Part shown: positions 37,798-45,490 of the stretch, piece by piece
Position numbering within the stretch: position 1 is the first letter of the stretch
Layout of the letters: each line of letters opens with the position of its first letter
Made by a program: the position numbers and the translations under genes
Source: an uncultured Candidatus Saccharibacteria bacterium
Lineage (GTDB): Bacteria; Patescibacteriota; Minisyncoccia; Portnoybacterales; UBA2143
Assembly: GCA_964556655.1 (NCBI GenBank)
Contig: CAZKWY010000002.1
Span: 1-56,460, forward strand
Reading direction: 5' to 3'
DNA length: 56,460 bases
The notes under the pieces: model-generated
Database searches by the model: none
What the model was told of the DNA's origin: nothing
Seen by the model: only the letters and a program-made list of their open reading frames with translations

Positions 37798-37836
37798 AGG
37801 ACCGTCCTTTAAGAGCAATACCTAAAGGACAGTCCT
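37798..37836. repeat. GGAC(N)GTCC palindrome pair (same family), long-loop version
   Basis: AGGACCGTCCTTTA-agagcaatacc-TAAAGGACAGTCCT has 14-bp arms with one mismatch. It sits 73-111 bp upstream of the start at 37725. Confidence 0.75.
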
Positions 37837-37971
37837 TGAATTTCAGGCAAGTCTTTTTTGTTTTTCCACCATGTTGGCGTAGAGCTGACATTTTGTCAGC
37901 TCTATTATTAGTCGGACTATTTTAGTCCTAAGACAGAAAACATTTTGTCCACTGTCCGCTAACAAAAAAGA

Positions 37972-39687
37972 CTATTGAGCTACTAAGTCTGACGGTTTTG
38001 CTTTCTCAATTTGAGAAGCGCGCCAAGCTTTGACTATGCCGCCAATGTTTAGATAGCCCGAAAGCCAATGCCATTGATCTCCGTCTCCGCCTAAATTTTC
38101 TTTGTAATTAAGGAAGGAAACAGAGGCAATGTCTTTATTTCTCCAAGACAGAGTCATCCTCGGTCCAAATTGGACGTATTCGGGATCATCTCTGCCCATT
38201 TCCCTAATAAAACTGAAATTAAATCCAGGCGTTATTAGGGTGTTTGTGTTTTGGCTTGGCTTAAAATCATAAAGATGCTGGATAACAGCGATTTCCCAAT
38301 TACTGTTATCCGCAGGATCTGGTTTTAACGGCCAGCCGTCCCATTCATGAAGATGGTAGTCGTTTTCCGGCCAGCGAGCCTCCAGATTAAATTCTGTTTT
38401 AGGCAGGATTTTTTTTCCTGCATCCCGCCGCGGATAGATATTGAGGTGAGCTGATTGGTAGTTGAGCCATCCCAGTTTGTCTTTTTGCCGGCTCCCGTAA
38501 AGAGAAATTCCTCCCTTGTTATGAAGGCTTCCTATCGCCCCAATGTCCAAGTCAGCATCCCAATGAGAACCGAAAAGCTTAACCGAAGGGCCTATGTTCC
38601 ATTGATCCCACTGGTATTTGTATCCTTCATCATGGCCTTCGCCCATAGACCTGAAGCCAAATACGCCGAGACAAGCTCTGATTAAAGGACGTTCGCTTAT
38701 CTTATAGGGTCCCAGAGGACGGAATCTCGCCTTTCCCCAAAAATAATATCCGTCAGCATCATAATTAACACTTTCATAGTTGCCACCGCCTAGATAAAAG
38801 TCAAAGCCGCACTCGTCCAAAGCTGCTTTAGGCGCCTGAGGTTCCTTAAAAACCGGAATGGGCGGATATCCTTTCTCTGGCTCTTTAAAAACCGGGATAG
38901 GCGGATACTTCGGGGATGGCTTTTTAATAAGCGGCTCTCCAAGCGGCTCTCCCACTGATATATTATTGCAGAAGAGGATATGGACAAAGTCTGGCGCGTC
39001 TTCTGCTTGGTATAAGCGCGCCTTAAGCGGACCAGTTTTGGACAAATCCGCAATTCGGTTAAGGATTAATTTCGTTTCTCCGTGACTGGTATAGCTCATT
39101 TCTTTTACTTCCCAGCCGTCTTTTATTTCTACTTCTTTAAATTCGCCAAATTCCATTTTTCGGCGAATTTCCCTTTGCTGAAAACGGGAAAGCTGGTGAA
39201 ATGACGGAAGATAGCCAACAGCTTCTAAGGGAGAAGCTTTTGTCGGCGCTGTGCCCGGAACCCATCTTTTTTTCTTACTTTCCGAAAGGTCAGGAACCAA
39301 TACCCTTTGTCCAGGATAGATAAGAAAAGGTTTTCTTATCTTGTTGATCCTGGCAATAGCTTGCCATTTCAATCCATACTTTCGGCCGATGGCCGAAAGG
39401 CATTCCCCTTTCTTAACGAGGTGGATCTTTGCTAACGCTTCCTTCGAATCCTTCGAAACAATTTCTGTAAGGGTTAATTTTTGTCCAGGATAGATAAGAA
39501 AAGGTTTTCTTATCTTGTTGATCCTGGCAATAGCTTGCCATTTCAATCCATACTTTCGGCCGATGGCCGAAAGGCATTCCCCTTTCTTAACGAGGTGGAT
39601 CTTTGCCGATCCTGCTGCTGAGTCTACTAAAATAGCAGAAATCAGCAGCAGGCAAACAATTGCTGCTAATTCTGCTTTTTTTATCAT
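37972..39687 (-). CDS. Secreted protein with two LysM domains and a large unassigned aromatic/Gly-rich C-terminal domain (571 aa)
   Basis: Has a signal-like N-terminus. Two identical LysM units read KIHLVKKGECLSAIGRKYGLKWQAIARINKIRKPFLIYPGQ. A YPPIPVFKEP mini-repeat follows, then ~290 aa that I cannot assign. Confidence 0.75.
   Translation of the reverse strand: MIKKAELAAIVCLLLISAILVDSAAGSAKIHLVKKGECLSAIGRKYGLKWQAIARINKIRKPFLIYPGQKLTLTEIVSKDSKEALAKIHLVKKGECLSAIGRKYGLKWQAIARINKIRKPFLIYPGQRVLVPDLSESKKKRWVPGTAPTKASPLEAVGYLPSFHQLSRFQQREIRRKMEFGEFKEVEIKDGWEVKEMSYTSHGETKLILNRIADLSKTGPLKARLYQAEDAPDFVHILFCNNISVGEPLGEPLIKKPSPKYPPIPVFKEPEKGYPPIPVFKEPQAPKAALDECGFDFYLGGGNYESVNYDADGYYFWGKARFRPLGPYKISERPLIRACLGVFGFRSMGEGHDEGYKYQWDQWNIGPSVKLFGSHWDADLDIGAIGSLHNKGGISLYGSRQKDKLGWLNYQSAHLNIYPRRDAGKKILPKTEFNLEARWPENDYHLHEWDGWPLKPDPADNSNWEIAVIQHLYDFKPSQNTNTLITPGFNFSFIREMGRDDPEYVQFGPRMTLSWRNKDIASVSFLNYKENLGGDGDQWHWLSGYLNIGGIVKAWRASQIEKAKPSDLVAQ
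39307..39606. repeat. Perfect 126-bp direct duplication (period 174 bp) encoding the LysM unit
   Basis: 39307-39432 and 39481-39606 are identical base for base in my reading and are separated by 48 bp. Confidence 0.9.
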
Positions 39688-40424
39688 ATTTCCTTTAACC
39701 TTCCTTTCGTTTTTTCCACTCCCATCAGAGCAGAATCCTTCTTTAAAGCGCTCCTAGCGCTTTTTCTGAGATCATCAATTTTTCCATAAGTTGCTCCTTT
39801 AAAGGGAGAAACATACCTCCCCTTCCAGTTCAACTTAGGAAAATATCTGTATCTAAGGCCGTTAACATCAAACTCTACGAACTTCTTTTTTGTTAGTCTG
39901 GACTTTATCGCCAAGCCTAATGGAAAAGAGATCAAGAGTATGCCTGCTATAATGGCCATCGTTAAAGGGGCTGGAGATATGGAAGAATTTGTTTTATTGA
40001 GATCATCTCTCATCTTCCATATTTCTTTTTTAATTTCGTTGGCTTCCTCTTCGGTCTTCCGTTCGTTTTTTCTGGCTCCCTCTTTGACCGCTTGACTAAC
40101 CTCAAATGAGGAAGTCATTTCGTTTTCTCGGACCTCCCGCTTTATCTCCTCTTTAGCCTTTCTTAGTTCTTCTTTTACTCTCTCAGCTACTCTCTCAGCC
40201 GTCCCTTGAGGTATTTGATACCTTAAGATCTGTCCCGGAAAAATCCTGGTTCCTGTTGAATTCCACTCAATAAGATTGCGTCTGTCTATCTTTAAGGCAA
40301 ACGCAATTTCTGAAAGAGTATCTCCTTTCTTGACCTGATACTCTTTCCACTCTTCGGCGTAGCCGTAGCCGAAAACAGCCACCACCATCAATACTGCCAC
40401 CAATGCTACTATCTTTCCTTTCAT
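39684..40424 (-). CDS. Single-pass membrane protein with extracellular LysM domain
   Basis: Start is set at the ATG at 40424, with GAGGAGG 5 nt upstream. It has a signal peptide, the LysM unit YQVKKGDTLSEIAFALKIDRRNLIEWN..IFPGQIL, a charged coiled region, a TM helix (MAIIAGILLISFPLGLAI) and a basic tail. Its stop overlaps the start of the next gene. Confidence 0.7.
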   Translation of the reverse strand: MKGKIVALVAVLMVVAVFGYGYAEEWKEYQVKKGDTLSEIAFALKIDRRNLIEWNSTGTRIFPGQILRYQIPQGTAERVAERVKEELRKAKEEIKREVRENEMTSSFEVSQAVKEGARKNERKTEEEANEIKKEIWKMRDDLNKTNSSISPAPLTMAIIAGILLISFPLGLAIKSRLTKKKFVEFDVNGLRYRYFPKLNWKGRYVSPFKGATYGKIDDLRKSARSALKKDSALMGVEKTKGRLKEI

Positions 40425-40470
40425 TTTGCCCTCCTCTTTCTTTCCATCTTGGAATTCCCCCCCCATTACT

Positions 40471-41442
40471 TTAACGGGGAAGTTGTAGTTCTCTTATCCT
40501 TCTATCTCTTTCTTCTAGAAGGTCCTGATAGATACGACAAACTTGGCGAAGCAACGGCGCCATTTGATGGCGAATTGTTTCTGCTCGAGCATAAGATCCG
40601 CTCCAAGAATCATCTATCCCTGCGACCACTGCATCGCTGACAATGCTGGCAACGCCTAACGCTAAAACGCCTGCATTCCAAAAAGGGAAAATCATCATCA
40701 CTTTAGTGTTTTTGAGCCACCTTTGAGAACTGTTAAAGCCGGGCATTTCTACTGCCTCTGTTTTAAACTTGTCCAAGGGCAAATAACTGGAACGAACCTG
40801 AGCGCCTACTTTGTAATGATGGCGCATTGTTTGGCTAGTTCTTTCCTTAAATTCGTCCCATTCAGGAGAGCCGACCGTTATCTCACTAACGCTAGTTAAG
40901 TCATTAGGCGCTAGAAGATCTTTTCCTCGGAAGTAATTCCGATAAAAAATCTCTAGTTCTGAAAGGGTCATTCCATGCTCCTGAAAGATCTGCTTTTGGT
41001 AATCTTCCTCCTTATCAAATCGCCTAGGATCATAAGCTACCTCAGCTCCTGAAAGCTGGTAAAGCCATCCTCCGTCTGCTGACGAATAGACGATTCTAGC
41101 TTTCGCAAGATCGTCTAAGCCGCAAAGGAAAACAACTCTTAGATAAAAGCTTCCCCAGTAATCAATGCCGGCTAGATAGGCATAGCCGGAAAATTTTTCT
41201 CCATTTCCTAAAGCTAGCGCCGGCCAGACTCCTCCATTAGCCACTACCTCAATCCATAATCCGGGGTCAAAAAAGGCAACAAAGGTCGTTATGGTTTTAA
41301 CCTTGTCCTTTTCTGCCTCTACTGGATGAGGGACAGAAATCTTTTCTACTGGGTCGGAAAATGCATGCTTAGGAAGATAATTTCCCGATGCGCAACCAAT
41401 GCCGCTTAATGCCAACAAAAACACTGCTAAGATATGTCTCAT
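40471..41442 (-). CDS. Putative lipoprotein (hypothetical)
   Basis: Start is set at the ATG at 41442, with AGGAGG 5 nt upstream. It has a lipobox-like sequence LLALSGIGC and a late hydrophobic segment (IFPFWNAGVLALGVASIV). No family motif recognised. Confidence 0.55.
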   Translation of the reverse strand: MRHILAVFLLALSGIGCASGNYLPKHAFSDPVEKISVPHPVEAEKDKVKTITTFVAFFDPGLWIEVVANGGVWPALALGNGEKFSGYAYLAGIDYWGSFYLRVVFLCGLDDLAKARIVYSSADGGWLYQLSGAEVAYDPRRFDKEEDYQKQIFQEHGMTLSELEIFYRNYFRGKDLLAPNDLTSVSEITVGSPEWDEFKERTSQTMRHHYKVGAQVRSSYLPLDKFKTEAVEMPGFNSSQRWLKNTKVMMIFPFWNAGVLALGVASIVSDAVVAGIDDSWSGSYARAETIRHQMAPLLRQVCRIYQDLLEERDRRIRELQLPR

Positions 41443-41524
41443 CAACACCTCCTAATCCAATTTGGATTTTTTGCCAATCTTTGGCATTTTCTATTAAGTT
41501 TTCAAAGATCTTTTTGAAAACCTC

Positions 41525-41559
41525 CTTTCTAGGCAAAAGCTAAGCTTTTGCCTAGAAAG
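41525..41559 (-). terminator. Perfect 17-bp-arm hairpin at the 3' end of the Wzz-like gene
   Basis: CTTTCTAGGCAAAAGCT-a-AGCTTTTGCCTAGAAAG. The stop codon (41552-41554) lies inside the 3' arm. The minus strand continues GGAGGTTTTC. Confidence 0.5.
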
Positions 41560-42175
41560 CAAGTTTTTGGCGGTCTTTTAATAAAACGATCGTAGCGCCG
41601 GCCAAAAAACCAAGAATTCCGCCGCTGATGGCAGCCAACCACAAATTAAGAGTAAATGGCTTTTCGCCTGTTCTCGGCTGGTCTAAAATCCTTACTGTCA
41701 CATTATTGTTTCCGCCATGATAAAAAGAATGATAGTCTTTAATTCCTTGGGTTACTGCTTCGTTAATATTGACAGCTCTTTTTCTCTCCGGATCAAAAAC
41801 CGCTATTTCCATAATTCCTAGATCGCGCACTTCATTGATCTCAATCATCTTTTCCCATTGCTCTCTTCTTTCTTTTACAGAATCAGAAAAATCGTTGATG
41901 TTTAATTCCGGAGAAATAGTTAAAGCTTTATTGAAAAAATCATCAGAATAAACACTTTCTTTTAAGATACGCGTTAAATACTGGGCTGACTTAGAGATAG
42001 TATAGATATCCTGGCCAGCAGTTTGTTTCTGAATGACTACTAGCCGCGAATCAACTCGATAGTCCGGCTCTTGAATCACTACCAAATCAAAAGCTAAAAC
42101 CGCTCCTAAAACTACGAGCCAGAAAACAAGCCATTTATGTAAAACTATTGCTTTCCCCCATTCTTTTAAAGTCAT
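41552..42175 (-). CDS. Wzz-like polysaccharide chain-length determinant (tentative)
   Basis: Bitopic layout with TM helices at both ends (WLVFWLVVLGAVLAF and LWLAAISGGILGFLAGATIVLL) around a ~150-aa loop beginning QEPDYRVDSRLVV. The start is moved to the ATG at 42175. Confidence 0.45.
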   Translation of the reverse strand: MTLKEWGKAIVLHKWLVFWLVVLGAVLAFDLVVIQEPDYRVDSRLVVIQKQTAGQDIYTISKSAQYLTRILKESVYSDDFFNKALTISPELNINDFSDSVKERREQWEKMIEINEVRDLGIMEIAVFDPERKRAVNINEAVTQGIKDYHSFYHGGNNNVTVRILDQPRTGEKPFTLNLWLAAISGGILGFLAGATIVLLKDRQKLAF

Positions 42176-42259
42176 ATTAATGTTAATAAAATAAAAATGC
42201 CTATATCTCAAGGCAACTATATATTAATACAATTTAATAGATAAAGTCAAGAGCAAAAA

Positions 42260-42297
42260 GGAAAACAAAGCCGCGCCAAAGAACTTTTGGCGCGGCT
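42260..42297 (-). terminator. Rho-independent terminator of dnaK
   Basis: A 12-bp perfect stem AGCCGCGCCAAA/TTTGGCGCGGCT, followed on the minus strand by TTGTTTTCCTTTTTG. Confidence 0.65.
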
Positions 42298-42316
42298 AAA
42301 AATTTTCAGAGCAAAA

Positions 42317-44194
42317 CTAATTTTCTTTGTTTTCCTTTACTTCCTCGTATTCTCCTTCTACAGTTTTGTCTTCTTCGCTTCTAGGCTGATCCTCCCCTTC
42401 GGCTTGATGTTGTTCCTGCTGGCTTTGGTCTGCGCCTTGCGCCTGGCCTTGTTGCTGGTACATTTGAGCACCGATTTTTTGGACCGCTTGGGATAATTCT
42501 TCTATCGCTTTTTTAATCGGTTCCACCTCGCCACCTTCTTTAGCTTGTTTAATGTTGGCAAGTTTTTCTTCTATTTCTTTTTTGTCTTCTTCTTTAATTT
42601 TCCCCTCCGCGTCTTTAAGGGCTTTTTCAGTAGTGTTAATCAAAGTTTCTGCCTGATTGCGTGTTTCAATCATTTCCTTTCTTTTGCGGTCTTCTTCGGC
42701 ATGAGCTTCTGCTTCCTGTTTCATCTTTTCAATGTCTTCCTTAGATAAGGCAGAAGAATCAGTAATGGTGATGGACTGTTCTTTATTAGTCGCTTTATCT
42801 TTTGCTTTGACATTTAAAATGCCGTTAGCATCAATGTCAAAAGTAACCTCGATTTGCGGAACACCCCGCGGAGCAGGAGGAATGCCTTCCAGGATGAACC
42901 TGCCAAGCGTTCGATTGTCCGCCGCCATAGGCCTTTCTCCTTGCAAAATATGGATTTCAACAGAAGGTTGGTTGTCCGCGGCTGTTGAGAAAACCTGCGT
43001 TTTAGAAGCAGGAACGGTAGTATTCCTCTCTATTAACGGCGTCATCACTCCTCCTAGCGTTTCAATGCCTAAAGTCAAAGGAGTAACGTCTAAGAGCAGA
43101 ACATCTTTAGTTTCGCCACTAATAATACTTCCTTGAATAGCCGCGCCGATAGCAACACATTCCATCGGATCTACTCCCCGTTCAATTTTCTTGCCGACAT
43201 AATCTTCCACAAATTTTTGGACTGACGGCATTCTAGTGGGCCCGCCGACCATAATAATCTGGGTAATGCCTTCCGCAGACAAACCAGCATCTTTAAGCGC
43301 CTGCTCCACTGGCGCTTGACACTTGTCAATAATCGGCTGGACTAACTCTTCTAACTTAGCCCGACTTATTTTCATATTGAGATGCTTGGGGCCATTTTGA
43401 TCGGCGCTAATAAAAGGCAAGTTCACATCTGTTTCCATAGTAGAAGAAAGCTCTATTTTAGCTTTCTCCGCGGCTTCCTTGACCCTTTGCCAGGCAGTTT
43501 TGTCCTGCTTTAAATCAATGCTGTTTTCTTTTTTAAACTCTTCGGCTAGATAGCTGGCTAGCACTTCGTCCATATCAGTTCCGCCTAATTCGGTATCTCC
43601 AGAAGTCGCCTTAACCTCAAAAACTCCTTCGCCAAAATCCATAACAGTCACGTCCAGCGTACCACCGCCCAAATCAAAAACTAAGATCTTTTCTTCTTGT
43701 CCGCTTTTGTCAATGCCGTAAGCCAAAGAAGCGGCGGTTGGCTCATTGACAATTCTCACTACTTCCAAGCCAGCAATGGCGCCGGCATCTTTAGTCGCCT
43801 GTCTTTGAGAGTCATTAAAATAAGCAGGAACAGTAATAACTGCCTTCTCTACTTTCTCGCCTAAAAACGACTCGGTGTCTCTCTTTATCTTCTGCAGGAT
43901 AAAAGCAGAAAGCTGTTGAGGAGTATATTCTTTGCCAGATAGAGAAATTTTTTCCTGTGTGCCCATTTTTCTCTTAAAAGCGCTCACTGTATTTTCAGGA
44001 TTAGTCACTGCCTGCCTTCTAGCCGGCTCTCCAACCAAAAGATTGCCTTCCTTATCAAAGGCCACATAAGAAGGAAAAGCTTTTCCTCCACCCGTTACCG
44101 TCCCTTCGGCGGAGGGAATAATAGTAGACTTACCTCCTTCTATAACTGCTGCCGCCGAATTAGAGGTGCCTAAATCTATGCCAATAATTTTCAT
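42317..44194 (-). CDS. dnaK: Molecular chaperone DnaK (Hsp70)
   Basis: [19 protein letters not shown], and VGGPTRMP motifs. Full-length at 625 aa. Confidence 0.95.
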   Translation of the reverse strand: MKIIGIDLGTSNSAAAVIEGGKSTIIPSAEGTVTGGGKAFPSYVAFDKEGNLLVGEPARRQAVTNPENTVSAFKRKMGTQEKISLSGKEYTPQQLSAFILQKIKRDTESFLGEKVEKAVITVPAYFNDSQRQATKDAGAIAGLEVVRIVNEPTAASLAYGIDKSGQEEKILVFDLGGGTLDVTVMDFGEGVFEVKATSGDTELGGTDMDEVLASYLAEEFKKENSIDLKQDKTAWQRVKEAAEKAKIELSSTMETDVNLPFISADQNGPKHLNMKISRAKLEELVQPIIDKCQAPVEQALKDAGLSAEGITQIIMVGGPTRMPSVQKFVEDYVGKKIERGVDPMECVAIGAAIQGSIISGETKDVLLLDVTPLTLGIETLGGVMTPLIERNTTVPASKTQVFSTAADNQPSVEIHILQGERPMAADNRTLGRFILEGIPPAPRGVPQIEVTFDIDANGILNVKAKDKATNKEQSITITDSSALSKEDIEKMKQEAEAHAEEDRKRKEMIETRNQAETLINTTEKALKDAEGKIKEEDKKEIEEKLANIKQAKEGGEVEPIKKAIEELSQAVQKIGAQMYQQQGQAQGADQSQQEQHQAEGEDQPRSEEDKTVEGEYEEVKENKEN

Positions 44195-44264
44195 TACTTC
44201 TTTCTAGACGAAGCAAAAAACAACAAAGCCGAAACTTTAGCTATTTTTTTGCCTACTCGCCCAG

Positions 44265-44708
44265 CTATTTTACGCTAATAGGAATTTCCTTTGCCTTAGA
44301 AGTGCTCTTAGCTGCTTTAGGCAAAGTAATTTTAAGAATGCCTTCAAAGGCTTCCGCCTTTGTCTGTCCTGCCTTAACATCGGTTGGCAGTTTTATTGTC
44401 CGACGGAATGATCCTTTTCTAATCTCCCTTCTTAAATAATCTTTTTCATGCTTCTCTTGCTTTTCCTCCGTTTTGCTCTCAACAGTCAGAATATCCTCTT
44501 CTAAAGAAACTTTAACGTCTTTGGGCTTGACTCCCGCCAAAGGCATTTCTACATAAAGATTATTTTTGTCTTGATAAATGTCTATGGCCGGTCCTTCGCT
44601 GTGGAAGGTGGGCACAAAAGGCACCCATCTTTCGTCATCAAAACCCTCCGGCGTTTCAGGAAAAGATGGTTTTTCCATATCTCTAAATGGTTTCCACTGA
44701 ATAGGCAT
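44265..44708 (-). CDS. Small heat-shock protein (Hsp20/alpha-crystallin family)
   Basis: Alpha-crystallin domain PAIDIYQDKNNLYVEMPLAGVKPKDVKV..GSFRRTIKLP..GILKITLPK. Confidence 0.85.
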   Translation of the reverse strand: MPIQWKPFRDMEKPSFPETPEGFDDERWVPFVPTFHSEGPAIDIYQDKNNLYVEMPLAGVKPKDVKVSLEEDILTVESKTEEKQEKHEKDYLRREIRKGSFRRTIKLPTDVKAGQTKAEAFEGILKITLPKAAKSTSKAKEIPISVK

Positions 44709-44793
44709 AATTACCTTTTCTGCCAGCCGCCTTTTTTCAAGCCAACAATAATTGGCTAAAAAAGTTAAGCTGACAGCTCTTTTAAATATATAT

Positions 44794-45285
44794 TTATTGA
44801 GCTACTTTAACTTTGCTTGCCCTTAAAACTTTTTCTCCTAATAAATAGCCTTTCTGAACCTCCTCCACTATTGTTCCTTCTTTTCCTTTGGCTGGAATTA
44901 TTTCCAACGCCTCGTGCAATAAAGGATCAAATTTCTTGCTCTTGGCTTCTATTTCTTTAAGATTATGGCCTTTGAGCACAGCAAGCAATTGGCTTTTAAC
45001 CTGTTTAAAGTCTTCGTTGACTTTAGCCGCCATTTCAAGACTATCCAAGACCCCTAAAAGATCTCTGATCAACCCCTCCTGCCCGTATTTCTTTATTTCT
45101 TCTATTGCCTGCTCCTGGCGCCGGCGATAATTAATAAAATCAGCCTGCGCTCTTTGAGCTTGGTTAAGATAGTCCTGCTTCTCCTTTTGGCATTCTTTTA
45201 GCTTCTTTTTAAGTTTTTTAGCTTGAGATGATTTTTCCTCCTCCGTAGAATCAGAAATATAGTTTAATTCGCTTTTTTTGCCCAT
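44794..45285 (-). CDS. grpE: Nucleotide exchange factor GrpE
   Basis: AQRAQADFINYRRR signature and a C-terminal GYLLGEKVLRASKV beta-domain. It lies upstream of dnaK. Confidence 0.85.
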   Translation of the reverse strand: MGKKSELNYISDSTEEEKSSQAKKLKKKLKECQKEKQDYLNQAQRAQADFINYRRRQEQAIEEIKKYGQEGLIRDLLGVLDSLEMAAKVNEDFKQVKSQLLAVLKGHNLKEIEAKSKKFDPLLHEALEIIPAKGKEGTIVEEVQKGYLLGEKVLRASKVKVAQ

Positions 45286-45293
45286 TTTTTAAT

Positions 45294-45321
45294 ATTCTAT
45301 CATTTTTGACAGGCTTGTCAA
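45294..45321 (-). promoter_or_regulatory. Sigma-70-like promoter of grpE-hsp20-dnaK, possibly giving a leaderless or very short-leader mRNA
   Basis: Minus strand reads TTGACA (45321-45316), a 16-nt spacer, then TAGAAT (45299-45294). Only 8 nt separate it from the ATG and there is no SD. The -35 box is part of the palindrome TTGACAGGCTTGTCAA. Confidence 0.45.
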
Positions 45322-45490
45322 ATTATTCAACTGCTATTAAAGACAGGCTTCCGCTAATAATTTTCCAAGACAGAGAAAGCTGTTCTTAAATATTTTTTTA
45401 TGATAAAATAAGCAAAAAAGCAAGCGGGCGCTTTTTGTTCGCGCGGATTATTTTAAATCCTCGCAAGCTCTAGTTGCGCCAATCCTTTTT

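Noticed and set aside
37881-37903. 9-bp-stem hairpin AGAGCTGAC-atttt-GTCAGCTCT downstream of the 571-aa gene as a terminator
   Set aside because: No U-tract follows on either strand. It may still be structural, but I cannot support a terminator call.
42732-43136. 134-aa ORF antisense to dnaK, together with many similar antisense ORFs listed inside dnaG, rpoD, ftsW, the P-type ATPase and other genes
   Set aside because: All are embedded antisense or out of frame within strongly supported conserved genes. Such shadow ORFs are expected at this length.
45286-45490. CIRCE/HrcA operator or an M-box riboswitch in the grpE-corA intergenic region
   Set aside because: I found no TTAGCACTC-N9-GAGTGCTAA-like element. 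The corA leader is too short and lacks the conserved M-box core as far as I can recall it.
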